In this document: in pieces, positions 1 to 13,451 of the stretch
How positions within the stretch are numbered: position 1 is the stretch's first letter
Layout: every line of letters starts with the position of its first letter
DNA from: Bigelowiella natans CCMP2755
Taxonomy: Eukaryota; Protista; Cercozoa
Direction: 5' to 3'
DNA length: 64,000 bases
NCBI GenBank assembly: GCA_000320545.1
Contig: ADNK01001197.1
Location: 62,001 to 126,000, forward strand
The notes under the pieces: model-generated
Databases searched by the model: none
Told to the model about the DNA's origin: nothing
Seen by the model: the letters and a program-made list of their open reading frames with translations, nothing else
Made by a program: the position numbers and the translations under genes

Positions 1-3000
1 GACGACGAAGAAGTTCAGCCTCCACCTCTACGCGGGGACGTACTCATTGAGGTAGCTGTATCAAGCCGGCCGGATGGAATGATGATCTGGGAGCTGGGTA
101 ACATCAAATGCTATATGCACGTTAAGAACATTCCATCCTTTCGCTGGGCACCTCGCAAGGAGCAAAAACGCTACGGAACGATGCTTGTTACCGGAGAAGT
201 GCCTGTCTACTCTCGAGAAGAAGATGAGATTGTGGAGCTTGCACTTTCGTTTGGAGAGTTATACATGCATGCCGACGTTGGATTGCCACCGCCTGAACCA
301 GAACCGCTTTGGAATCCATACGAGGAGGACTCGGACTCGGACGATGAGAAGGAAAACAGAGACCTGCTTCTTTCGGTTGATAGAGAGATGATGATGGCCG
401 GGGTGTGGGCTTTAGCCCATCTGACGTGTCTTCATCCCCTTAAAGCGATGAAGTTGCCGGATTTCCCGACCCTAAGTTTGCTCTCAACGATCATCCTGAC
501 AATGCAGCTCGACCTAGAAGTCCGAAAATACGCTGTCATCTCTTTTATCAATATGTCGTATCACCACAAGTATCATCGAGACTTGGTCGTGCATGTCATC
601 GCAATATATCACCATTTCGAAGAGCTTATCATGAAAGAAGACGATCATGAATGGCACCGATGCTTGATGCTCTTGCTCTACAACTTGTCGTCCAACCCTA
701 CCATGCGGCCAATCTTGGCCACAGAATTCGATTTCTCCATCGTAGCTCACCTGATAGACTCTCAAGACCAGGAAACGGTGTTGTACACACTACAATTTAT
801 GCAGTCTTGCTGCATTGAAATCAACTGCTCGGTCGCCATTGCAACCAATGAGAAGTTACTCGTGACCCTTTGTGCATATACGATGCACATAGCTACCGTG
901 GAGGCGGTTGAGAAGCAAGATACCTCGGATCCGACATTGCAGGGACAAAATGACAGGTTGTACGAACAACTGCAGAAGGAGGTGAGTGGGGAGGGAGCTG
1001 CCGCTCCATGGCTGATAGATCCCCGCCTCAAAGCGAAGCGAATCATGGAGAATCTTGCCAAGTCAAAGGGAAAAGATGATGTCGATGAGAAAAAGGAGGT
1101 TGACGACGACGAGGAAGAGTTCGACGACGAAGTCAAAATGCCCAGCCTCGACGTATGTTGGTACCAGAAATATGCGGGTGGAATGATGTTAAACATGATC
1201 CGACATGAGGGAATTCGACTTACTCTCGCACGCTCTCCTATGGTTCTTTCCCTCATTCAACTCGCCGTGTGCCGCAACGTCGATGTTAAGGTGTACTCGA
1301 TGCGTGCGCTGGCTATTCTTGTGCAGGAAATTGTGGCATGCAAAAAGATTATCGGTAACTCTCTTACGGTCTTCATGGTACAAGACTGCCTACAGGTGCC
1401 CAATACCCGTGTCCAATTTGCAGCAATACAAGTCCTTGGATACATTTGCGCACGACCGCTAGATGAGGAGCTCGCCATGCGCCTCTCTCAGTTCCGAGAT
1501 GAGACAATGAGGATCATCGCTCGGATAGCCACCTTTGCATTTCGCGTTCATAAGAAGCGCAAAGAGGCGCGGGTCGTGTGCTACTTTGCCATGCTCGCAC
1601 TCCGCGTTATGTTCAGGATAAAGCCTTTAAGAATGCGGATGGCCATAAAGCCAGTTTCAATGTGCCTTTTACTGTTTATAAATCTTCTAAAGCAGCCTAG
1701 TCGATGTAAATACATGACTTGTTTTGCCCCACCGCTACAATATGACAGCAAAGGCAACATCGTCGAGGAGGAGAAGGGTAAGGTAGAGCGAGCAGATAAG
1801 ATGCTGTCCCGAGTGATGCTCTTTGCCCTGACAGCGTTGCTGGAGCTCGTACAGGACTACGACGCACCTGTACCGAAAGACGATGAACAGTTCCTTATCG
1901 ACCTTGTCCATATAATTTCCAATCAGCTTGGAACAGGCCGCTTCCATGGAACTTTCACCGAAGAAGTCCACACCAAATGCCTCTCGGTGCTCAACCACCT
2001 CTTCGAGCCGACGGAGAACACCAAAAATTCTTTCTTAAACCATCTCGGCAAGCACCACACCAAAATGGTGCGTGAAGTGCTTGTGTCCTTTAATACCATT
2101 AGAGAGATTGCACAAGGGTCAGGTTTCAACAAGGAAGCGCCGCCTCTTCGTATGCTGACACCTCGGATGGAAGATCCGATGATCACGCGCGCGAAGAAAA
2201 ATGTAGCCCCTCCACTTGAGGATTACAAGCGACAAGAGCCCAAGCCGGACACGATTGAGGAGGACTACGGCGACTGGCTTCCGATGCGCATGCGGACGCT
2301 ATACGTGCGTTTGCTCTTCTGGCTTGCGCAACACCCCAATTTCCTGCCGGAGCTAACCGATATGGACACGGTTCATATGCTTATCCGTCTGCAGCCAAAA
2401 ATACCTGAGCTTGATGAACGTAGGAAGCGAAGGGGGGCATTCATTTCACCAGAGGTAATAAAGCAGGCTTATGATGCTGAGATGAAGAGAAGGGAGGAGG
2501 GCATGGAGGACAATACGATGCAGAATTACCAACGGGAGGAGATCAATGAGGATACTGTCCGCGCTGAAATAGAGAGGATTGCGAAGGAGAAAGAAGAGAG
2601 GAAAATACGCAGAGAAGAAAAGAAACTTAGAAAGGCCGGGATGTGGGTGCCCCCTAGGGAAAATAAAAAGGAGGAGGAGAAAAAGGAAGAGGTCAAGGAG
2701 GAGGAAAAGAAAGGTGCCCTCGCCGAAGACTCGGATGAGTCAAGTTGGGAGGGATCAGAGACGGACGAAGAGCTGCCCGTACTCGAGTTCTCACTCGCTG
2801 AGCACCACAAAGTTGTGAGTGACATTCTTTTACAGCTGGCGTGCATTTACGTTCAGTTCAGCTTTATGAAGAGAGAGCAATTTGATATCGTGGACTCAGC
2901 CGTGATGGGAGGTCTGGTTAACTTTTTGCACTCGCCATATCCTATCGTCTCCGGGCTCTCTGTCATGGCATTGGGCCTTCCTGATTTCAATTCGGGCGCC

Positions 3001-6000
3001 TCACTTGTCTTTGCGATCAAAGGCTTTGATCTCATGCCTCTTATAAACTTTCTAGTGCAAGAAAATGATGCCTGTCAGGCTGTCACATCGCTATGCTTGA
3101 TGCGCTTGACTCTCCTTGAGAAAAATTTCGATCACCTACTCCGCGATGATCGGGATCCAAAAAAGGCCATCCGGCTCTCCGCCCCCTCCCCTCTCTTTGT
3201 TCTAGCATCTTGTGGGGTACCCAAGACTTGCTTACAGGTTTGGGCAGAATATGACATGCATGTTTTTTATGTTTTGGGGAGACAAAATGAGAAATGTGTT
3301 CTAATCGATACAAAATCATGATTTTCATCCTTCGCTCTCCCCTCCACCCATATCCTTTCCCCCTGTTCATTCTTCAGGCTCTTGTCGCGCTTGATCACTG
3401 CATCTTTCACGACGCCATCCGCGTGCAAAGGATTCTGCAACTCCGAAGTCAGACGGTGTGTGGCGGTTTGCAGAATGACTTCAAGAAGTCGACTGTTGAT
3501 ACGTTAGCCATGCCGAGCCAACGAGTCATGCGCGACCATATTCGCATCCTTCTCGGTATCCTCGTCGAGTATCGTGAAGGCAAGGAAGTCAAGCCGCACC
3601 AGCCCAAGCGGGCTCTCGCCCGTCGAGAATTTCCCAAGCCAAAGTTTAACCCGAATTTACAAGAGATGAGCCACCTCGACTTATGCCGCTTTCTGCAGGA
3701 TAAGCATGGGCAAGCGATGGGTATCCATAAGTCATTGCTCACCGATTGGAGCAATATTATGTGGACGGACGACCCGCTGGGAACGGAACTTGCATTCAAC
3801 CGTCCTTGGGAGGGCAAGACAGACCTCGAAATTCCACCCGACAAGATTGATCCGAACGCTCTACCCGAAATTAAGGAGAAGGGAGAGGAGGAAGATGACG
3901 GAGAGGAAGATGAAGGACTATTGCTAGAAGAGGCCGGCGTAGAACCTGAAGAGGATACTGAGAATAAAGCTTTAGTCCCAATAAACATGGATAGTGAGGG
4001 ATGGTCGCAGCCGCAGGTATCTGACAATCTGGATGAAGAGGGAAAGGAAAAAAAGATGAAGGCAATAGACCAGTACGAACCTGTCATCAATAAAGGGGGC
4101 GGTGCAGACACGCAGAAAGTCGATGTCTCGAATAAGACTATCCGAACACTTGCAATTCGTATTCTCTGCAATCTCACAGGACAGCTAGCGAACCACCCGC
4201 TAATGACCAAGAGAATGAAAATCACTGACGCAACTGGGGAGTCGAAGAAATCGGCTGCGACTGCTGCGGAAGAGAGCCTTGTCGATTTCGGAAAGTTTGG
4301 CTGGTCTTGGGGAAAAGACAAGAAAGGCGAGGAGAAGAAGCAGAAACCTAAGAGGCCGATAGATAAGGAAAAACTCAAACAACAGAGGGCAGACTACATG
4401 GTACGTCGGAGACAGAAGCGCTCAGATTTTAAGGAGACAAATAAGCGTGCGCTTCGAATCGTCGAAGATGTGTCCGGTCATGGATTATTACCTGAGGAAA
4501 CAGCTATGACACGCCCGCCCAACGGAAAACTCATCTCTCTCAAAGAGGTAATAAGTAGCTGAAAATCGCTATGATATGTATGCTGAATAATAATGGCGAA
4601 ATATATAGTTGCGTTTGTCGCATTACTTCCTATATTGAGCTCTCAGTAGTCAATGGTCTATATTAAAAGCTTTAATTTGTTCGTAGGAACGTGCTCGTGA
4701 GAGGGAGAAACGCCGCCGATCAAAGCTGGAGGCGAAAAAAAAACAGGCTTTGGTCGAGGCAAAACAAGATACCACTCTAGAATCAGCTGGTAGAAAATTC
4801 GTAATGGATGTCGGCCAGGGCCTTGATCGTCAGGCACTCAAGCAAGAGAGAGAGCGCGAAAGAATGGAAAAGAAGGCCGAGGCCGACGCCAAAGCGGAAG
4901 CAGCACGAGATAACGCCAATCGCAGTCAGGAAACATTGCACAAAAATTCCAAGGGATTCTTAAAAGAGCCGAAGCCAAAACCTCCAGACATCGGAGAGGG
5001 CCTGGGAGTGGAACTTCCAGAGGAGGAGGAAGAGCAACCTAACCCGTATAAGAATGAGAAACGTGATGTGTGGGAAAGCTCCGATACGTTGACGTCTGAT
5101 CCGGAGACAGCGGAAGCTGCTAGGGAGGGTCTGAAGATGTTTGCAAAGGAGAAAAAAAAGAAAAAGGGTTCCGATGATGAGAAAGAGGAGGAGGAGGACG
5201 AGGGAGGCTTGATGGACTTGGGCGATACTCCCATGGCTTTCGAGTTCTCGGACTACGCGATACGCTCATATGTTATCCCAGCAATGCTCGAGATCCTTCA
5301 GAAGGAGGCACACATCACGAGTGATGAAGATTTCTCCGTGCATGCGGCAGAACTAAAGGATGAGGTCGATGAGTTCATGTTCGCCAAAGCCTCAGCTACT
5401 CCAGGCCAGATGGCACTTATGGTTCTCAATAACCTGGCCATAAATTACCGCACGCATAAGCGCTTCCTTCGGTATAAGGCGGTGCACGCATTGTTGCCCT
5501 TTATCCAGAGCGAAAATACCCAGCTCCATCTTAAGCGGATATCGTGTCTTGTCTGTGCGAATCTGTCATCTTCGAGCTCACAAGAAGATCCTTGGGATAT
5601 TGTGCACATCCCAGAAGTTGCTGCGACGCTTGATGATCCGATCTGCCGACAGTATTTGGCCATGGGCCTGTGTAGACTCACATCTCGAGAAGGGTTTCAG
5701 TTCAATTCGAATCACTATTCGCCTGAATTCTTGTGGAATATGATGCAGCTGATGCACTCACTCGAGATCGAGACTTTCCATTACGGCTACGTATCGTTCG
5801 TAAACTTTGTGCTGAAGGCATCTTCGCTCTCAGCTCTAGTCAAGATTGAGGGTTCATTAGAGATTGTGCTCAATCTGCTACACTCTCCTGACGAAGCGGT
5901 TGTTGCGCTTGCGCTTAGGACGTTAGAGGGGCTGCTTAAGTTTGACATCAACCGTCAGGCGTTCATGCGTTCTCCAGTCACCGTGCACTATGTCCTTTCA

Positions 6001-7851
6001 CTTGCCAAATCGCCAGATCCTTCCGTGTCGACGTCTGTCTCACGTGTCATCTCTGAATTATTTTCTTCGGGAGCTTCGCTATTTAAACAAATCACAGATG
6101 ACTTACTGTCGGCATTAATATCTGTTATCTTACTCGGAGAAAGTCCAAAAATGCGAGATGCAGCAGCGCGAGGAATCTTCAAATTCCTGGAGAAGTCGCC
6201 CAAGAATCTCGACGCTCTCCTGGCGATGAACTCACAAGCAATTGTCATGTTTGTGAAGATTCTGCAAACTAAAGATCGGGAGCTAAACACAAAGGCGTGC
6301 ACGGTTTTGAGGCATCTTAGTGAGGATCCCAAGACCTTAAACAAGATCATCCGCCAAGACGGTCTAGCCATGCTGTCTCGAGCCATTCTCAACCGAACTG
6401 TCATTCCAAACCTAGACGTCGTTTGGATGTTGAAGAACATCGTAGCCCGTCAGGATCTGCACGAGGACTTCATCGAAGAGCACGGTGTCGAGTGCCTAGT
6501 TAGATTCTGTGTAGAGGACAATCTAATGCAACGGCTTATGGCGACAGATGCCCTTCAGCTCATGATACCCATCCTCACCACCATCAACAAATCTAAGCCA
6601 AAGAAAGATCTGATCGTGAAGGCTCTTCTTTCACACCTCTACCTACGAAATATTAAGGAAAATATGCCACTTATTACGAAGACAATCCAGTCTTTCCTCC
6701 GCTTAGCAATCGACGAAACTTATAAGAAACACATCTGGGATTGTAGGGTGCCACACAGGATCCTTGCAGTTTGGGACAAGCTCCCGCCACGTATACAATG
6801 CCTCGGACTCGATCTCATTGCAATCTTTACCCACAAACCAAAGATGGTTCAGTACCTCAACACTCTTAAGTTCTGCAAAAGAATGGTAAGGACAGGGTCG
6901 ACACCTAATAACTTTGACGTGTGGCGCAAGATGGCTAAGCACTTCGAGCACTTCACGAAACTCGAGGACTTATCGAAGAATTTTGCACAAGGGGGTGCTC
7001 TGAAGCTAATGATCGCGTACAAGCATGCAAACATTGACAAGCCCACCGCGGACAGTGCCACAGAAGCGCTGCTTCAGATGCTCATGTCACGCCCTCTTAT
7101 GAATGCAATACGGTGTGGTGAGTTTAAGTACACCGACCCTGAGCTCTTAGAAATGATGGTATCCGTCGCAGGTAACGCGCGTACTGCCAATTTAAGGGAT
7201 CGAGCGCAGAATATGATTGTTGCACTTGCACCCCTTTACACACATAACATTCGCTCAGCCCTTAGAAAACAGAAATTTAGTGCGATCCCAAGGCCGTCTG
7301 AGGCGATGGCAGTGACACAAAAGCCTGGAGAATGGGGAAAAGATGTCAATCTAGAAATCAAGAAATACGGTTTTCTTAAGACTTACACTCGTCAGGAGAA
7401 GGCCAAGATGAAGGCTGAAGAGACCCTTATGCCTCGTGTGATGCATGATATGGCTACTGAACATCTCATCGCGTCCAAGACCCATCTCCGGGAAATGGAA
7501 AAGACTCAAGATCTTATAGACACGAATCAGAAACTTCGGTTCGGAAGACCCTTAAGCGGAGACTCTAGTGCAAGAAGTAGAGGCAGCGGTCCAGTTCAGC
7601 GCACACCAACATCGCCTCTTCTTCTTCAAGCTGCAGAGAACTTAAGCAAGGACACTAAAAGCATCGTTAGGGACAAAATAGCAGAGCGCAATAAATTTCT
7701 CACGAACGCGCACGAGACAGGCATTCCCGAAATGTCACCCGAGGGGGTGTCGTACAAGATGATTCAGGACCACATGAAGTCGAAGAACAAGAAGAATAGG
7801 GGTACGCCACGGATAGTGCCGTGGAAAGGGACGTCCAGGGATAAGATATGA
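1..7851 (+). CDS. Very large (>2500 aa) armadillo/HEAT-repeat protein, 5'-partial; exons <1-3237, 3378-4547, 4687-7851
   Basis: The frame is open from base 1. ORFs 79..3321, 3294..4562 and 4750..7851 join in frame through GT-AG introns 3238-3377 and 4548-4686. ARM-like helical repeats (e.g. LEIVLNLLHSPDEAVVALALRTLEGL, LAIRILCNLT) alternate with acidic/charged linkers. Confidence 0.8.
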
Positions 7852-8704
7852 TGAGAATTAGGAGGATTGGTGGAAAATAGAAGATACTGAAGTATCCCAG
7901 TGGTAATAGTTTAAGTGCTCACCACTCGCACTTCCTGTCCTTCCAAAGCTTCACAAGTTCTCAGTCAATGTTACATTCCTATTGTGCATGTAAAATCGTA
8001 GTCAATTGTCAAGCATCTCGCTGCATTGTCAGGAGATAATTATTATTTACAGAATACAAATTTATTCCACAATGTACGCACGCATCGTACACATACTAGA
8101 CATAATGCGCTACTTGCTACCACGCGCTAGCGCTATGCGGCTTTCATATTATTCATTCGTGTTCACGTACGGAATGCCTGTGCACTGCTAGACTGGCTGG
8201 CTACACGATCGAGTGTCGCATCCTGCTATATAGCTGGCGTGGGTAGTAGCGTGCTGTAGTCGTCACAAAGTCAGCAGCATCGCCATTTATTATAGATTCT
8301 CTGGTGTACGCTAAATGTACCTAACACGCTAGCATGCGTACACCGTGCAATGCACACAAATAATACAACAAAGCGTGATGCGTAGTCGCCATGGGCCATG
8401 GGCCACATACTACATAACTATAGCAAAGCTTATTGCATATAATAGACACAGCAATACACTATATATAATATATATCGTGTATTGCATGTCTATCATGCAT
8501 TTCTTTATCATACAGCTTAGCACATCGAGCATACCTTTGTGGCGAATATCTAGGCTAGCTAGAACTTGTATATGTATTATTGCCTCCATCTCCGACACGC
8601 ATAGTGTGTTAATTGCGCATGCGCTGATGAAACTAACTTTGTCATCATATTTTCCCTCCTAACTACTACCACTACTACTGCTACTGCTACTATTACTACT
8701 TCTA

Positions 8705-10353
8705 CTACCGAACTCGCTTATAGAAGCACACATAAGCCTGGGCATTGAGCACCGAAGATTCCTTAACGTCCTTATAGTGGCGGTCACTAAAGTAGAACCA
8801 GCTGCTCGAATCTCTGCGAGTGTAGGCGACGTAATGCCCCCCCCCCATCCCTCCAGAATGTACCACGATCCCAGAGAGGCTGTAGAGAATTGGCTCAGGT
8901 TTATCTTCTATCTTCCCCAATTTGGGGATTGTGTACGGCGCCATATCCAGCTGTAGCGGGATGGAAACGTGTTTTCCAACCTTAGAAAAGCCCCGTGCGG
9001 TGGCCGCAAAGCGCTTAAGGTGTATCGTCAGAGTCTCAGGGCAGTCCTTTACCATGGCACGCCTTCGTGCCTGCGTGCGTACGATCTCCCCATCGTTACG
9101 CTCCTGTGTACAGTTGATGCAGATATACGACGCATCGCTCAGCGTTTCTGACGCCGTGAAGACATCAAGACAGTCATAGATCGAAGGATTGCTTTTTGCG
9201 AGTAGATTTTTGCATCCCTTTGAATAGTCAATGCCCTTTCGAATTGGTGGCTGCTTCTTCTTGTTTGAGGAGGAGGAGGAGGACTCCTTAAAGTCGCAAG
9301 GATAGAAAACTCTTTTGTACCATTCGTTCTCATCGACGTTCAGTAGGTGATGGAATTTTTCCTCTTGGTCTTCTTCTGGCTCTTCTTCTTCATCATCGTC
9401 CTCATCTTCATCCTCCATTATCTTCTGCATAAGAGAAGATAGTGGTCAATCACAATCGCAATCACAACCATGAAACTGCAGTGCTGCAATACGTTCATGA
9501 AAATATTAAATTACTTTCTCCTCCAAAAACGCCTTTGCTTCGTCTCTGCGTAGCATGTACACTGTTCCCATGTCGTTGCCAGTTAGATTCCATCTATTAT
9601 GTGTTAAAAGACCAAATAAATATCAATCAATGCGTGTGAAGATGCATGGATGCAGATATAAATATAAACGCACATAATTATGTTCACATAAATCTCATAT
9701 TTTATAATATTGAGCAACATCCTGAATGATGAGTAGTTTCACAGATATTTCTCTCCTTTTTAATATTTCACCCTTTTTCGTGGCGGATCCACATTCCAAC
9801 ATTTTTCACTTCCAAAGCTTTCACAATTTGTCCAAAATCAAGGCCTCCGACAACTAATGCCAAACAGCGTCACACCATCATCACCAACATAGCAACACAT
9901 AGAAAAGTTTTTTAAGATATTTTCCACATACAAAAATGCTGCATTCTCTCTTTCTCCTTTTTTCTCTCTTCTCGGTTTGCTTTCTATCTTATTATTTATC
10001 TTGTATTATGTCCCTTCTTCTTTCTTTTTCTCTCCTTTTGATTATCGTTCTCACCACCACTACCTTCAGAATCCATATTCGGCTGGTTGCGCACGTTAAG
10101 CCCGTCATGGAACACCACTTGCCATTCACTACTACTACTACTACTGCTGCTGCTGCTATCATCACCATCGTCATGGGTAGTAGTATCGGCTGCTCTCTCG
10201 TTTTCGTTATCTTCGGTGCCAAACATAATCTCTTTGACTTGCTGACCGCCTTTCTCTTCTTCAACCTCTTCTTCGTTTCCTTCATTTTCTTTTCCATTGT
10301 TCCCAGTTGCTGCTGCTGCTGGCAGCTCTCGGTGTTCCCCTGCCACCACTTTC

Positions 10354-10388
<35 letters not shown>

Positions 10389-10970
10389 TGTAGTAGTATT
10401 GATTTGCTCGATCTTCTTCCTTTCCTGCACCTTCTTTTCCTCCACTCCCTTCTCTTCCTGTTTTTCATTGCGGCCGTCTTCTTCTGGTTCTTGTTCTTCC
10501 TTCTTATCTTCCACATGCTCCTCCTCCTCCTCCTCCTTCCTAACCCCCTCCTCCTTCTCCTCCTGTATATTGCTTCCGCTTTCATTTTCTGGTTGTTTCC
10601 CCCCATCATTTTCACATTTGTCCTTCTTTTCTATTTCTTTCCCTTCCTGTATTCCTTCCTCCCCCTCCTCCCCTTTCTCATCAATAGAGGGCAGTGGCGA
10701 CTTAGTTGCCGTCGTCGTCACAGTATCGCTCCTCTCAGCTGTAGAATCATCGCCCTTGTTAGTCTCTTCTAACTGTTTTGCTTCGTTCGCGAGACGCTCC
10801 CTCTTTTCACGAATATAACGCCTATTTTCCTCGATCATTAGCTTTTTCCTCTGTTTTCTGGTTAGACCTTTATACTTATCTTTATCCTTCACCTTGTCGC
10901 TGCTTACTCTGAGCATATAATGTAGATGACACGTGAAAAACCGCATAATTTAGTGATTTCGGAAAATGAC

Positions 10971-11009
<39 letters not shown>

Positions 11010-11345
11010 GATATATCTATATTGTATTTCATAACACAGATGTGTGTGAGTGCGTGTGCAAGTTTATGTTCATTATCTATGTAGCAGAGATTGATGAAGC
11101 GGCTCTTACTCTTCGCTTTGGTCGTTATCGTCATCATTATCGACATTCTCGTCATTCTCCATGATTGTACTATCCTGGTTCTTTTTTGCTTTTTTCTCAA
11201 GCTTTTTTCGTCGTTCCTCCGCCTTTTTGAGGGCGCGGCGCTGACGTTTGGTAAGCCTTCTACCACTAGAATGCCCTACTACCACGCGACGACTGTTCTT
11301 GCCCCCACTGCTCATCCCTTAAGATTGATCTCAATATTAATACAG

Positions 11346-11378
<33 letters not shown>

Positions 11379-13053
11379 GTATTGTATATGTATATAGATC
11401 ATCATCATCATCATCATCAATTGCACCATGGAGTTGTTGTTGTTATTGTTGTTGGTCTTCAAGTTGTTAGAACTACCGGGCGGAGGAGATATAGCCAGGG
11501 ATATATCCATAAACGCTTCAGTGGTAAGAGACACCGACTTACACTTAAGACACTGCACACAATTCAAAAAACTTCCGCCGAAAAGCCTGTCAACGATCCC
11601 AGATTTCTTCTTATTATCATCATTTCTCTTTCCATTCTCTTCCTCCCCTTTCTCCTTTTGATTCCTCTCTTTCTTTACAATGTCAACGTGCTCCTTTTCT
11701 TCCGTTTCCCCTGGCAGATTGCCCTTCCGGAGTTGCTTGATGGCCTTAGACAAGCGCTCCTTGTCTTCCTTCTCAGTGAAGATCTTCTTAAGAAGCTTGA
11801 GCGTCTTCTTGGCTTTGGGACGCAATAGTATCGACTCAATAAATATGCCATTGATGGCAGGTTTCTTTATACCATCAATTCTCTTCCTAACCAGTTCAAA
11901 ATCCTTCATTCCGAGCCCTTCCAACCAAGTCATCGTATCATTGGCACTCCATTTCCGGACCACTTCGATGGCACGTTGGCCTTTCTTCGAGACAGGTGGG
12001 GGGCGTGTTTTCTCCTCTCTGAGAGAGTCGAGCATAGCTCGAAGTAATTCATGGGAATCGTGTTGTCGCCCACCGCGGAATCGTGTGTGGTACTTACAAA
12101 CGGCGTTGAACACACCACTTGGAGACATTGAATTCTTGGAGGAAGACGGTTTTCGCATCTCACGAAAAAATGCACGTAGATTTTCATGAAGTGGTGCACC
12201 AATTCCAGTTTCCTCCTGTATACCTCTTGAGAAGTCATCCATGGTAACCATATTCTGCATAACGCTGTTGAAGAAGCACGTGTTCCCGAGATTTGCTAGG
12301 CCACGCGGTGCAATCTTAGCAGCCATAGGGAAAGCAACAAGGGGGGCCGATGTAGCCGGCCGCACAACAGTTATATTTGACTCATTTGCGTCGTCAAACT
12401 TTTTTGTTGCAGTGTTGCTGCCTTGCTTCTTTTCTTCCTTTTCTTCCGGCTTTTTCTTACTCTCAGCTGTTGCGGTTGTATCATTGGTTTTGGATGCAAC
12501 ATCGTCATCAGAAGCACCTTGGGTACCATTTTTCTTGACACTGCTACTGCAACTCAAGTCTCCCTCTGTGAGTCCTGCGCTTACTAATCGGCGCATGGAG
12601 AGGAGGACAGCCTCATAACGAGGGTTCATCTTGCAGCTGGATCGGGTAATGTCTCGCTTGCACTTGAAGCAGTGGGAAGTGCCTTTACCGTCCGTAAGAC
12701 ATCCGGCTATGCAGCATTTCTTGGTGAAATGCCCCAGAGGATTCTTCGTAGGTCGGTACTCCACGTACCCACATCCGAAGCAAAGCCATGCAGGAGTCTT
12801 AGCCTGGAACTTTCCCTTGTTCTTCGCTCGGGAGTTCAGCAATTCTGTGACGGCCTGCTTCACCTTGTTTACCTTGACGGTGTTGGTGTGCGTGCAGAGG
12901 CCCGAGGACGAGGACGACGAGGTACCTGCTGGTTCGTGGATGTGAATTAGTCGAGAGGTATCGTAGATTTATCATATCCACATTTTCGTTGTTCCGCTTA
13001 CCTCCTCGGTCTTTTCCAGGTGAGCGTGAGCGATCACCCCTTCTCTTCCCCAT
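8705..13053 (-). CDS. Ubiquitin-specific protease (peptidase C19, USP16/45-like) with a degenerate N-terminal ZnF-UBP-like region and SAM-like and SH3b-like inserts; multi-exon
   Basis: Cys box GLANLGNTCFFNSVMQ, QHDSHELL, CLKC...EAFMDISL, LTIHLKRF, His box YSLSGIVVHSGGMGGGHYVAY, WFYFSD, AYVCFY. The N-terminus has CTH...WLCFGCG. The 3' exons 9853-9772, 9593-9515 and 9424-8705 join by GT-AG. Confidence 0.9.
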
Positions 13054-13451
13054 GCTGTTTGGTCGTCCGATGGGGATGGGTTCGTCGTTTGGCAGGAGCG
13101 AATCTTCTCGTCCTGTTCTTTCTGCAGCCAGCGCCTCGGTCGACGGCGAATTTGGTCTCCTTCTATTCTTACAAACGCATGCGAATTATATCGAGCGACA
13201 AGGGCAAAACAAGCGATTTAATTAGTTAACAGAATAAACAAGGTCGGCATTTGCAATCGGAAACACTTCGGAATTGCTGCCCCTCCTCCTCTCCTCCTCA
13301 CGGATACGGCCGTACAAAGACTAACAATAGGACACCCGATCCCTGCCGAGCTGGAACTGCGGTGGGAATCACGCGGGAACACGGCGTTGTTTAAATCCAA
13401 ACTGCTTTTGTTATATGTCATCGTGAGTAGACGTGCGCGCGGTGTGCTCTA
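13054..13451. promoter_or_regulatory. Putative bidirectional promoter (USP/TauE); similar short head-to-head gaps at 30584-30994, 36958-37230, 41301-41799, 45594-45876
   Basis: Divergent start codons lie only ~0.3-0.5 kb apart. Inferred from geometry only. Confidence 0.5.

Noticed and set aside
9936-10818. Hydrophobic or poly-Ser + strand ORFs (also 62077-62551 and 3449-4378)
   Set aside because: These are antisense shadows of low-complexity E/K-rich coding exons.
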